Below, piece by piece: positions 37,341 to 47,013 of a DNA stretch of 64,000 nt (position 1 is its first letter; every line of letters starts with the position of its first letter). The position numbers and the translations under genes are program-made. The notes under the pieces were generated by a model. That model ran no database searches. It was not told the origin of the DNA and was given only the letters and a program-made list of their open reading frames with translations. Source of the DNA: an uncultured Desulfobacteraceae bacterium. Lineage in GTDB: Bacteria > Desulfobacterota > DSM-4660 > Desulfatiglandales > HGW-15. The stretch spans positions 24,125 to 88,124 of the forward strand of contig CAYQNR010000003.1 in assembly GCA_964418945.1 (NCBI GenBank), written 5' to 3'.

Positions 37341-39178
37341 AGCTTCAATCCCATCTTAAGAATAATTAAGACGGCAAAAAACAGTACGATATAGGTTATA
37401 TAGTAACCCAGGTCTCCACAATATATCTTTCTTGTCTTATCACTTACGTTCTTAACTCCATTTGCCAGCCATTGGTAAAAGTCATCTACAAAATCCCTGA
37501 AATAGGGCCTGATCATTGCTGATAACGGGTTGTAAAATTCAACCGTGTGATGATATTTATCCCTTGGCACATGGGCCCCTGCCGCGTAACTGTTATCCTG
37601 GGAGATATTTACCTTTTTATCTCCTATAAAAAACAACAGCCAGGCAATGATTAATGCCACGCAGATTGCGGCAAATATGTTTACCATGTTCAAGATCCCT
37701 GTTTCGGAAGCGATCCCCCAGATTTCAACATTCTGAGGCTGAAAGCCAAAAGAAGTCGAGATCGTATCTATAACTTTAAGAGGGATTCCGGGGAGGATCC
37801 CAAAGACTACAACAACAAGGCTTAAAAAAATTACCGGGATCCTCATGGTAACAGGGGACTTTTGGACATTGCTGAATTTTTCCGGCAACTGCCCTAAGAA
37901 TATATTATGGATAAGCTTATATGAATAAAGGATTGTTCCCCATGTTCCAAAAAGAGCTATAAAGGCAAGGAACGGATGTTTCCCTAAAATCAAGGTCTTG
38001 TATATCAGCCACTTGGATACAAAACCATTAGTTGACGGGACACCAATTAAGCCTAATGCCCCTATCAAGGCACAAGTGAAGGTTATGGGCATTCTTTTTA
38101 TCAGGCCGCCAAGAGAATTTAGATCTCTTGTCCCTGTCCTGTATTCTACCGCGCCTATGCTCAAGAAAAGCAAGGATTTAAATGCGGCATGATTGAAGAA
38201 ATGGAATACCCCTCCCACAAAACCCAGACTCGTCCCGATAGTTATGCCTAAGATTATATATCCTACCTGGGCGATGCTTGACCAGGCCAGGAGTCTTTTG
38301 GCATCATCCTGTAAAACAGCAATGAACGTGGGGACAATAATAGTTATCGCTGCCAGTACGCAAAACAGGTAATGGAAACTTCCTCCTCCTATATTCAGAA
38401 ACAGGTTTAAGCCCGCGATTGCGTACATAAAAAGGATAAAACCATATGTGCCCATTTTAATTAATATCCCGGAAAGAACAGCACTAAAAGGAGAAGGTGC
38501 TTCGGAGTGGGCATCAGGAAGCCAGGTATGAAAAGGCGCAATCGCGTTCTTAATCCCAAAGGCAATACAAAAGGAAATTAAAATAAACAAGGTGTAGCCG
38601 GAGGAGGCTTGTGTAATAAAGGAAGAAACTAGTGTTATATCCAGACTTCCACAGTTTGCATAAAGGGATAATATCCCGATAAGCATAGCTACGGAGCCGA
38701 TAATAGACATGATAATATATTTCATGCCTGCCTGCAATGCAGGACCTTTATTATAACTTATTAAAAGAAATGTGGACCAGGACATAATCTCCCAGAAGAT
38801 ATAGAAGGAAACCAGGTCAGCGCTGAGAACAATGCCTAACATTCCGGCATTCACTAAAAGTAGCATTAAATAATAAAAGTCAAGCCTCTCTCTTCCCTTC
38901 ATATAGCTTAAAGAAAAGATCACAGAAAGAGATGTTATTGTCTGAATAGCTATGGCAAAAATCCAGGAAAGAGGGTTTATCCTTAAAAGAAGGGGTAGCC
39001 CTAAAAAAGAGAAATAGGTTAATTCCTCGGTTTTTCCATAGAAATACAAGATAGGAATAATCAGGATCAAAGAGATAAAGACGGCGAAAGCATCCCTTAA
39101 CTTGGATGAGACCTTACCCAAAAGATAGGTAAGAAATGCGCCACCAAAAGAAATAAAACCTAACTGTGCTAAATTCAC
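37334..39178 (-). CDS. MrpD/NuoL-like antiporter-type subunit (MbxH'-like)
   Basis: FYIFWEIM, PFHTWLPDAHSEAPSP.SAVLSG, KRLLAWSSI, NHAAFKSLLFL. Confidence 0.9.
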   Translation of the reverse strand: MNLAQLGFISFGGAFLTYLLGKVSSKLRDAFAVFISLILIIPILYFYGKTEELTYFSFLGLPLLLRINPLSWIFAIAIQTITSLSVIFSLSYMKGRERLDFYYLMLLLVNAGMLGIVLSADLVSFYIFWEIMSWSTFLLISYNKGPALQAGMKYIIMSIIGSVAMLIGILSLYANCGSLDITLVSSFITQASSGYTLFILISFCIAFGIKNAIAPFHTWLPDAHSEAPSPFSAVLSGILIKMGTYGFILFMYAIAGLNLFLNIGGGSFHYLFCVLAAITIIVPTFIAVLQDDAKRLLAWSSIAQVGYIILGITIGTSLGFVGGVFHFFNHAAFKSLLFLSIGAVEYRTGTRDLNSLGGLIKRMPITFTCALIGALGLIGVPSTNGFVSKWLIYKTLILGKHPFLAFIALFGTWGTILYSYKLIHNIFLGQLPEKFSNVQKSPVTMRIPVIFLSLVVVVFGILPGIPLKVIDTISTSFGFQPQNVEIWGIASETGILNMVNIFAAICVALIIAWLLFFIGDKKVNISQDNSYAAGAHVPRDKYHHTVEFYNPLSAMIRPYFRDFVDDFYQWLANGVKNVSDKTRKIYCGDLGYYITYIVLFFAVLIILKMGLKLW

Positions 39179-40722
39179 CTCAGTACTCCCTGGATGTATT
39201 TTATTCTATCAAGAAGCTCCAGGGAGGAAGAATTGAGAATATCACCCAAAAACTTCGGATAGATACCTATACCGATAATAAGCAATACGAGAATAACCAT
39301 GGGGATCAAAGCCACTATAGGTGCCCCTGTCTTTACAGCGTTAGAACTCTTTACCTCTTGTACCACAGAGGCTTCCGGGATCTTATTTACGATGGGGTCT
39401 GTCTCTTCGGTGTCTCCCTTGAAATAGAGAACCTGAATTACTTTAAAAAAATATGCCGCCTCGATCACTGTCCCCAACAGGACAATCCCTATAAAAACAA
39501 TGTATAAAGTACTATGTTTTTCCAAGACAGAGAGCACAATCCAAAATTTGCTGGGAAAGCCTACAAAAGGCGGAAGCCCTATCAAGGAAAAAGCGCCGAT
39601 GGTAAAACATAACGAAGACAGCGGCATCTTTTTCCCTATTCCTTCCAATGAAGAGATTTCCATCGAGCCTACTCGATAGATCATGTATCCTGTAGCCAAA
39701 AACAGAAGGGACTTAGAAAGGGCATGGGTTATAAACTGAAACAGGCCGGCAGCTATTCCATAATCCGTACCGATTCCTAAGGCAAAAAGGATAAGTCCTA
39801 TCTGGCCGATACTGGAGTAGGCAAGCATCCTTTTTATATTGTTTTGGCTGAACGCAGATAACTCTCCCACCAACAGGGTTAAAAGACCTAAAAGGACCAG
39901 GAAAAGCAACATATCAGATGCCCCAAAAATGGTGAACACCACCCTTGCTATGGCATAAATCCCTATCTTTATGGCTATCCCTGAAAGAACAGCGCTTATG
40001 GTGGAAGGAGCGGAAGAATGGGCATCCGGAAGCCAGGCATTCAAAGGAAAGATGGCCCCTTCAATTCCAAATCCGACGATGAATAGAACAAGAGGTATGA
40101 ATATTTGAATCGGGCTTACTGAATGTATATTTCCGGCGATATCAGCCATGTTGAGGGTCCCGAACTGTCCGTACAGAAGCGCGATCCCGATCAAAATAAA
40201 GGCAGAGCCTACGGAACCCTGAATCAGGTATTTGGCGGCAGATTCTACGCCCGCTCTATTTCCTAAATAACCTACCAGGGCGTAAGAGGAGATGCATAGG
40301 ATCTCAAAAAAGACAAAAAGATTGAATATATCCCCTGTCAAAACAACCCCTGTGGCACCTGTAAGAAGCGACAGATAAAGCATGTGATACTTCTCTTCAG
40401 CACCTTCCTTTATATAATCAAGCGCATATATGGAGACAAGAAAACCAACCAGGGCGATAACAGCGGAAAATAGGATACCTACCGGGCCCGCAAACAGGTT
40501 TATGCAGAAAGGGGGAGGGAATCCCGCAAGGGACACGACTATAGGTCTTTTGATAACTTCCGGCATTAGAATAAGAGAGATAACCAGATTAAACAGCATG
40601 GCAAGGGGAGGGATGAACCTTTCCACCCTTTTAGAAATAAATCCAAACAGAGGAATAGAAAAGGCAAATGCCAGAGGAACAGCTATAAGAAGGATGGGGT
40701 TTACCCAATTAGAGATTTCCAT
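39175..40722 (-). CDS. mnhD: MrpD/MnhD antiporter subunit
   Basis: GDIFNLFVFFEI, WLPDAHSSAP, IKRMLAYSSI, HALSKSLLF. Confidence 0.9.
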   Translation of the reverse strand: MEISNWVNPILLIAVPLAFAFSIPLFGFISKRVERFIPPLAMLFNLVISLILMPEVIKRPIVVSLAGFPPPFCINLFAGPVGILFSAVIALVGFLVSIYALDYIKEGAEEKYHMLYLSLLTGATGVVLTGDIFNLFVFFEILCISSYALVGYLGNRAGVESAAKYLIQGSVGSAFILIGIALLYGQFGTLNMADIAGNIHSVSPIQIFIPLVLFIVGFGIEGAIFPLNAWLPDAHSSAPSTISAVLSGIAIKIGIYAIARVVFTIFGASDMLLFLVLLGLLTLLVGELSAFSQNNIKRMLAYSSIGQIGLILFALGIGTDYGIAAGLFQFITHALSKSLLFLATGYMIYRVGSMEISSLEGIGKKMPLSSLCFTIGAFSLIGLPPFVGFPSKFWIVLSVLEKHSTLYIVFIGIVLLGTVIEAAYFFKVIQVLYFKGDTEETDPIVNKIPEASVVQEVKSSNAVKTGAPIVALIPMVILVLLIIGIGIYPKFLGDILNSSSLELLDRIKYIQGVLR

Positions 40723-40787
40723 TTATACCGACCATGCTCCTTGAAAAAACATAATCATTGTCACCAACATAACATTTCTAACAGGTC

Positions 40788-41147
40788 TTACCACCTCTGC
40801 TCTTTGATCTTTCTCATATCAAGGGTTCCATAATGCTGATACAACCTGATGGCTAGAGACAAGGCCATGGCCATGACCGCCACACCAATAACAATCGCTG
40901 TTAAGACAAGCGCCTGGACGGTCGGATCGACCATATTCTCTGAAGCAAGTCCCGGCTTAGAAAATATAGGCGCTGTTCCATCCTTTATATATCCTAAAGA
41001 TACAAGTAAAAGGTTAACCCCTGTATCCAAGACACAAATTCCTATTATCATCTTGATCAGATTATGTTTGGTTAAAAGGATATATAATCCGATCAATATA
41101 AGACCGAAAGCCCCGATGTAATAGATATAATCGGCCAAAAAACTCAT
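40788..41147 (-). CDS. mnhC: MrpC/MnhC antiporter subunit
   Basis: NLIKMIIG, GVNL, DPTVQALVLTAIVIG. Confidence 0.92.
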   Translation of the reverse strand: MSFLADYIYYIGAFGLILIGLYILLTKHNLIKMIIGICVLDTGVNLLLVSLGYIKDGTAPIFSKPGLASENMVDPTVQALVLTAIVIGVAVMAMALSLAIRLYQHYGTLDMRKIKEQRW

Positions 41148-41827
41148 TCGCTTTCCTCTATCAAGCCATCGATGATTCCGGTCAACTCGGAACCTACCTT
41201 AAAACCGATGGCGATATATATTATGGGGATGATGCCAGCGCTCAAAAGGGTATTTGGAATTCCCCTGGGCAGAAAATTAAAAAGAAAATACCCGCTTACA
41301 GCCAATCCTAAAAACCCTATAATTACGAATATCAATCCTGCCGAGGATTCTATAGCTTTGATACTCCTCTCTTTTACCCTTCTTTCACGACAACCTAAAT
41401 AGACCAAAAGGAAAGCCGAAGCAATAATTGCTCCACCCTGAAAACCACCTCCTGGCGTGAGGTGTCCGTGTAAAAATATGTAAGCGGCAAAGAGCAAGAT
41501 AAAAGGGAAAAGGGATCTACAACCCGTACTAAGCACAAGGCTTGAAGGCACAAATTCCCTTCCGGGTTTTTTCTTGACGGTGGCAAGGATAGCGCCCAAT
41601 CCCGTGGCAGCGATAAAAAGCACGGTAACCTCGCCGAGGGTATCAAATCCCCTATAGTTTAAAACTACCGATGTCACTATATTTACGGCGCCCGTCTGAT
41701 CGATCCCTTTATCTATATAATACCTGCCTACCTTGGTTTTTGGTACGGCAAAGGGGATTTCCGTAAGAGATAAACCAAACCCTAAAGCTATAATTATCAA
41801 TAAAATAAGGCCTATTATTCTTCTCAT
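41144..41827 (-). CDS. mnhB: MrpB/MnhB antiporter subunit
   Basis: N.VTSVVLNYRGFDTLGE, HGHLTPGGGFQGG. Confidence 0.92.
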   Translation of the reverse strand: MRRIIGLILLIIIALGFGLSLTEIPFAVPKTKVGRYYIDKGIDQTGAVNIVTSVVLNYRGFDTLGEVTVLFIAATGLGAILATVKKKPGREFVPSSLVLSTGCRSLFPFILLFAAYIFLHGHLTPGGGFQGGAIIASAFLLVYLGCRERRVKERSIKAIESSAGLIFVIIGFLGLAVSGYFLFNFLPRGIPNTLLSAGIIPIIYIAIGFKVGSELTGIIDGLIEESE

Positions 41828-42072
41828 TCTTCTCTCTTTGTTCTCCTGATCGCAATGACAAAAATAGCGGTTACCAACGCCGCGCCGATAGAGGCTTCAG
41901 CCATAGCCACATCCGGCGCCTGTAAAAGGAAAAAAAGTATGGCGGCTATCAAACTAACAATACAGCAGGCAATTACCGCACTCAGTAAATCCGAAAATAT
42001 ACAGGCGGAGATGGCGGCCACTAACATGACAAATACCAAAAGGACAATAAAGATCATATCTTTCTCCTCCAC
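41824..42072 (-). CDS. DUF4040 (MrpA C-terminal/MbxD-like) membrane subunit
   Basis: LQAPDVAMAEASIGA motif. Confidence 0.88.
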   Translation of the reverse strand: MEEKDMIFIVLLVFVMLVAAISACIFSDLLSAVIACCIVSLIAAILFFLLQAPDVAMAEASIGAALVTAIFVIAIRRTKREE

Positions 42073-42090
42073 CCGTTTAGAAATATATTT

Positions 42091-42420
42091 CTAATGGGTC
42101 TTGTATTCGTCGAATTCCTCACTTTTATCCACCACGCTTATTTTACACAAAGGCACCCCTATCTTTTTAGACGCCCTGCCTAAGGCATGATTGGATATCG
42201 GATTAGTCAAAAGGATGAATAAGGCAATAATTAAGGTCTTCCAAAACCAGGAAGGCTCCATTATGCCTACCCCGATAATGGTAAAGAAGGAACCGAAGGT
42301 GGTACACTTTGTCCCTGCCTGGAGCCTATTATAGACATCGGGTAACCTGAATATTCCCAGACTCCCCAAAAAGAGAAACATCGTGCCGATTCCGGTGACA
42401 ATCACCCCTACCACGTGCAT
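42091..42420 (-). CDS. mnhG: MrpG/MnhG antiporter subunit
   Basis: G..RLPDVYNRLQA.TK, TNPISNH. Confidence 0.92.
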   Translation of the reverse strand: MHVVGVIVTGIGTMFLFLGSLGIFRLPDVYNRLQAGTKCTTFGSFFTIIGVGIMEPSWFWKTLIIALFILLTNPISNHALGRASKKIGVPLCKISVVDKSEEFDEYKTH

Positions 42421-42672
42421 CTAAATCCCTCTTTCTAAAAATCTAGCTATGGCCACAGAACCCACAAAAATTAGAACCGCATACACCAGAGAAACATCCA
42501 GATAGACACTTCTTTTATAAAAATAACCCAACAGGACAAGTAAACCGACAGTAACCGTGGAAAGCGTATCTAATGCTACAGCCCTGTCCGGAGCAGTAGG
42601 CCCTTTAAGCATTCTCAGGAGACAAAGCACGATTCCGGCACCCACAAAACCAAGAAAGATAATCTCAATCAT
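42421..42672 (-). CDS. mnhF: MrpF/MnhF antiporter subunit
   Basis: GPTAPDRAVALD, DVSLVYA. Confidence 0.92.
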   Translation of the reverse strand: MIEIIFLGFVGAGIVLCLLRMLKGPTAPDRAVALDTLSTVTVGLLVLLGYFYKRSVYLDVSLVYAVLIFVGSVAIARFLERGI

Positions 42673-42745
42673 AAGGTAATCCTCTTAATATTCTAATATA
42701 CAAATAATGCTATATACACATAATAGGATATATATCTCAAAAAAA

Positions 42746-43012
42746 TTATCCTTTATCGATAATTTTCATAAATTCTTTCGTCCACTTGTTGACCACCTTG
42801 TAACATACCCTTGTGCCTTCTCTCCTCCCCCTGATTATCCCGCCGTCTTTTAAAATCCTTAGATGTTGCGAAATGGTGGATTGAGGAAGTCCCAAAGACT
42901 GCTGAACCTGAGAAACATTACATTCATTTTTAAGGAGCCCTGCTACAATCTGTAACCGGGCTGGATGAGCTAATGTCTTTAATACCCTACTCATTCGCTC
43001 AAATTTTTTCAT
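42746..43012 (-). CDS. ArsR/SmtB-family transcriptional regulator
   Basis: LKTLAHPARLQI, QSTISQHLRILK, RREG..V.Y. Confidence 0.92.
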   Translation of the reverse strand: MKKFERMSRVLKTLAHPARLQIVAGLLKNECNVSQVQQSLGLPQSTISQHLRILKDGGIIRGRREGTRVCYKVVNKWTKEFMKIIDKG

Positions 43013-43512
43013 TCAAATAACACCTTCAAATATTTTTCGAATTTTTCCCCTATGATTTTTGTCGCCTCCTCTATATCTTCCGCCTTTACATTAATCCAAT
43101 GAACAACTAGATTATCACCCAATATATCTAAGGTAAAAGTCCCCGGCGTAAGCGTAATAGAATTTGCTAAAAACAGCTTTGCTATATCTTGCTTTAATCC
43201 TGTCTTAATAGTCACAATCCCCGGTTTTATAGGCATCTTGGGGTGTAATATCCTATAAGCAACATCTAAATTTGCTTTGACAATCTCTTTAAAAAGAACA
43301 GCTATATAAACTATAAGATATACCAATCTTTTGAGGCTTAAAGAAGGGAGTCCCAGGTCGAGGTAAAATTTATTGCAGAATAACGCCAGGATAAAACTAA
43401 CAACAAGCCCTGTTAAAAGCTCCTGAATCCTTAAGGATGAAGTGAGGCATAGCCATACTAAAAAAAGAAATAAAAATAAGTAAATAAAATTTTTAGCTTT
43501 TTCTTTTATCAT
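43009..43512 (-). CDS. mnhE: MrpE/MnhE antiporter subunit
   Basis: AN.DVA..IL.P...IKPG, LANSITLTPGT. Confidence 0.93.
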   Translation of the reverse strand: MIKEKAKNFIYLFLFLFLVWLCLTSSLRIQELLTGLVVSFILALFCNKFYLDLGLPSLSLKRLVYLIVYIAVLFKEIVKANLDVAYRILHPKMPIKPGIVTIKTGLKQDIAKLFLANSITLTPGTFTLDILGDNLVVHWINVKAEDIEEATKIIGEKFEKYLKVLFE

Positions 43513-43722
43513 ACACTTGCTCTAAAAAATTGCATTACGATAATCTTCACACCATTTTCAATGATTAGAAAAATATTTGATATATTCGCATACCACAAAA
43601 TTTCCGTATTGCAAACAAAAATATCTTCGCATCGGAGCCCCTGTGTATCCGATCATTACGAGCATAGCCCCTTTAACATAAAGAGAGATCTTGTGTCAAG
43701 GTCATTTTTAACGCTTAAATAT

Positions 43723-45063
43723 TTACCCTTTTCTAGCCTTGTTTGCAGCAATCAGGATAGGATCCCATGCCGGTGCAAAGGGCGGTGCATAACCCAGATC
43801 CAGATGATACACATCCTCTGCCGTCATTCCTGCTTGTAAGGCCGCAGCCATCACATCGATTCTATGGGCAACTCCTTCCCTGCCTATCATCTGAGCGCCC
43901 AGTAATCTACGGATACCTGTTTCCGTGATAAAATGAACGGTTATTAAATAACCCCCCGGATAATGCTTGGATCTGGACCTGTGACGTATAGTGGTTGCAT
44001 AGGCATCGAATCCCTCCCGTTCCGCCTCTTTTAGACTGAGCCCGGTTCGTGCAACCTCCAGGTCAAATATCTTTGATACGGCGGTACCCACAATACCGGG
44101 GAATTCGGTATTAAGCCCTCCGATATTCTCACCTGCCACCCTTCCCGCCTTATTGGCTGTGGTTCCAAGCGGTATATACGCCGGTTTCCTGCTTATTATA
44201 TGATATGCCTCGGCACAATCACCCCCTGAATACACCCGATCCAGATTTGTTTGCTGGCGCTTGTTTACAGCAATCGCACCTGTCGCCCCTATTTCCACTC
44301 CTATTTGCTTTCCGAGAGCTGTGTTGGGAAGAGCGCCCTTTGCAACAAGTACCGTCTCACTCTTTACCTCCCCATGGTTGGTCACTACCTTCTCCACCCT
44401 TCCGGAACCCTCGAAGGAAAGCACATCCGTATCAGTATGAATCTCCACCCCCTTTGATCTCACCTCTTCCTCAACCAAAGCGGACATTTCCGGATCAAAG
44501 TTCAACAGCATCTGGGATGTCTTCTTCAATATGGTAACATGCTTTCCCATACTCACAAAAGCCTCTGCCATCTCAAGGCCTATATACCCTCCACCACAAA
44601 TTACAACATTCCCCGCATGGCGGGCGCTGTCCCGAATAGCAATAGCGTCCTCCACGGTCCGCAAGGTATATACACCCGTCAATTCTTCTCCATCAACACC
44701 CAGTGTTTTACCGGTAGCCCCGGTGGCAATCATGAGGTAATCGAACGGTTCCCGGAAAGTCCTATGTCCACCCAAATCCTCCACAACCACATACCCATTC
44801 TTATAGTCTATCTCAACTACCTCATGTCTCCTGTGGATGGGGATGGAACGTTTCCGTTCAAATTCCTCCGGGGTGACCTCGATAAGATCTTCCGGCTGAG
44901 GGACAAGGCCTGACACAAAATAGGGCTCAGAACACGCCCCATAAGATATATACCCCGATCTTTCAAAGACTACGGCGTTCATCTCTTCCTTTTTAAGCCG
45001 CTTAGCAGCGCTTGCAGCAGATAGCCCTGCAGCAACCCCGCCTACCACCACCAATCTATCCAC
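43723..45063 (-). CDS. CoA-disulfide reductase / NADH oxidase-like flavoprotein
   Basis: GGVAAGLSAA, SYGAC (active Cys), ATG, GGGYIGLE, GDC, PLGTTA.K.G, LGAQ, DL.YAPPF. Confidence 0.9.
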   Translation of the reverse strand: MDRLVVVGGVAAGLSAASAAKRLKKEEMNAVVFERSGYISYGACSEPYFVSGLVPQPEDLIEVTPEEFERKRSIPIHRRHEVVEIDYKNGYVVVEDLGGHRTFREPFDYLMIATGATGKTLGVDGEELTGVYTLRTVEDAIAIRDSARHAGNVVICGGGYIGLEMAEAFVSMGKHVTILKKTSQMLLNFDPEMSALVEEEVRSKGVEIHTDTDVLSFEGSGRVEKVVTNHGEVKSETVLVAKGALPNTALGKQIGVEIGATGAIAVNKRQQTNLDRVYSGGDCAEAYHIISRKPAYIPLGTTANKAGRVAGENIGGLNTEFPGIVGTAVSKIFDLEVARTGLSLKEAEREGFDAYATTIRHRSRSKHYPGGYLITVHFITETGIRRLLGAQMIGREGVAHRIDVMAAALQAGMTAEDVYHLDLGYAPPFAPAWDPILIAANKARKG

Positions 45064-45198
45064 AATCGTACCTCCTTAATCCCTTACTAATATGTTTTTC
45101 CATTCTACTGTCTAACAGGCTTACCATGGATTATAGGACTCAAAACAAATTGGTGACAGGAATGTCCGTCATAATTTCACCTCAATGTTCTTCAATTA

Positions 45199-45555
45199 TC
45201 ATTCACGAAGCAACTCGATCTCTTGTAGTGTCTTTTCTGCAATGATCTTTTCACTGTTAAAATGCTTTATCATTCGATTTAGGCACTTCTGCCGTTCTTC
45301 GGCATTACCGAGATATTTCTCGCAGGCCTCCATAAAATATTTTGTCTCTTCCACATTCGCTTCAACTCTATCGCCTATCTTTTCGCTGTCATGTCGTACT
45401 GCTCCCTGCTCACAACCATCGTGGCATATACCACAGTGAATACATTTATCCATGTGGATTTCCACCACATCATCTTCCATTATTATGGCGTCTACGGGGC
45501 ATTCTTCAACGCAAATCCCGCAGCCGATACATATATTCCCGTCTACCCACGGCAT
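45199..45555 (-). CDS. 2x[4Fe-4S] ferredoxin with C-terminal helical extension
   Basis: CIGCGICVEECP and CIHCGICHDGC. Confidence 0.85.
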   Translation of the reverse strand: MPWVDGNICIGCGICVEECPVDAIIMEDDVVEIHMDKCIHCGICHDGCEQGAVRHDSEKIGDRVEANVEETKYFMEACEKYLGNAEERQKCLNRMIKHFNSEKIIAEKTLQEIELLRE

Positions 45556-45654
45556 CTCTATTCCTCCTTTATAACACTGTTAATGCTTATACCGGACTAT
45601 GTACGTGCATATCGCATACCAACTTCTTGTTTCCGTACCGGCAGCAGTATGTCT

Positions 45655-46290
45655 TCAGGGTGATAATCCAGATACCACCGATGGATTCAGTTCATAGATC
45701 GGCGATCCTTCTCTGTTGACCTCCGGGACCGACCGCAACCTGGGGCTTATAATACCTGCCGCCTTAAGACCGGCAATGAGGCCATCTATCCTATTACCGA
45801 GACCTAGCTGGAAGCAAATTATCTTTACCTTATCAGCGGTAATTCTACGGTTAAGCGCCTCTTGGAAAATGTCCCTTACCAGTCCGGGAATCTGTTTATA
45901 ATCTGGATCCTCCAGTTCTTTAAAGAGCGTAAGAATGCCCTTCTCAGGTTGCCATTTTCCTGTATCAAGGCTGTCTTGTAACAGATAGTGTATTATATTG
46001 GGGATCTCGTATAGCTCTCCATGTTTCAGCAATAACAACCGATCCTCCCAACTCGAGCTCTTTGTTGTGCTAATCGGCAAAAGCAATCTCCATTCAAAAG
46101 CCAGGAAAACAACCTCCTCTGGATCATCCCTGATAATCTCCGTGATCTCTTCATAAGAAACTACGTCCTTTCCAACAGCATAGGCAAGCACCTGAGATAG
46201 ATCCCTGGTAACCCCGGCACGACCGAGCATCGCGCTCAGGGCATCTTCTAAACGATCGGAATAATTTCGCCTTGCTTGTCTGTCTCCCAT
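45655..46290 (-). CDS. hypothetical protein
   Basis: 211-aa ORF co-directional in the operon; no family recognised. Confidence 0.65.
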   Translation of the reverse strand: MGDRQARRNYSDRLEDALSAMLGRAGVTRDLSQVLAYAVGKDVVSYEEITEIIRDDPEEVVFLAFEWRLLLPISTTKSSSWEDRLLLLKHGELYEIPNIIHYLLQDSLDTGKWQPEKGILTLFKELEDPDYKQIPGLVRDIFQEALNRRITADKVKIICFQLGLGNRIDGLIAGLKAAGIISPRLRSVPEVNREGSPIYELNPSVVSGLSP

Positions 46291-46300
46291 GTAACAGCCT

Positions 46301-46942
46301 TTAGATGGTTAAGACCTTGCCCGCTCCACCACCAACATATTTCTCGGGGTATAGCGCCTTTATCTCTGATTTATATTGGGTACAATGACAGGGGCAGATC
46401 ATGTTGAGGTCTTTAACAACATCGAACTGTCGGAAGCCATGAAGCCCCCCCACAAGGGCATGGAGAGGGCCGAACCGGGATGCCGTTTTGAGAATACTCT
46501 CCACACCCGGGTGGGAACACCCGGCAATGACTGTCAGACCTTTTTCTGTTCTGACAGCTAAGGACTGCTCAATCCCCTTGAGTTCACCTGTAGAGAAGAC
46601 ACCCTCGCTAATCTCTAAGGCTTCCTTAACTACGATCACCTCTCTTGCTCCCTTTGGCTCAGGACATGTAGCGGGGATGTAGACCTTCACTTCCTTATTT
46701 TCATCCAAAAGCCGCGAAAGCCCGCCTGTATGATCCCAATGAGCATGGGAGATAACAACTATACCGATTGAGAGAGGATCCAATCCAAGCTTTTTCATGT
46801 TGGACAGAAGGATTGAACCGTTTGCGCCTGTATCAAAAAGGATATTGGGGGTATCTTCCCTTTCTATAAGGCAAGAGAAACCCCAATCCGGTTCCAGGCC
46901 CGTGGTATGGACCTCGTTATCATAGACAAGTGTTATCTTCAT
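46301..46942 (-). CDS. MBL-fold metallo-hydrolase (COG1237-like)
   Basis: VYDN, WGFSC, FDTG, SHAHWDHTGG, GCSHPG, GGLH, CHCT. Confidence 0.9.
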   Translation of the reverse strand: MKITLVYDNEVHTTGLEPDWGFSCLIEREDTPNILFDTGANGSILLSNMKKLGLDPLSIGIVVISHAHWDHTGGLSRLLDENKEVKVYIPATCPEPKGAREVIVVKEALEISEGVFSTGELKGIEQSLAVRTEKGLTVIAGCSHPGVESILKTASRFGPLHALVGGLHGFRQFDVVKDLNMICPCHCTQYKSEIKALYPEKYVGGGAGKVLTI

Positions 46943-47013
46943 TCTATTCTGTTCCCCCTTCCTTCAGTGAAAAAACTGGATATCCGGGTTCATAGACACC
47001 ATAACCTTTATGC

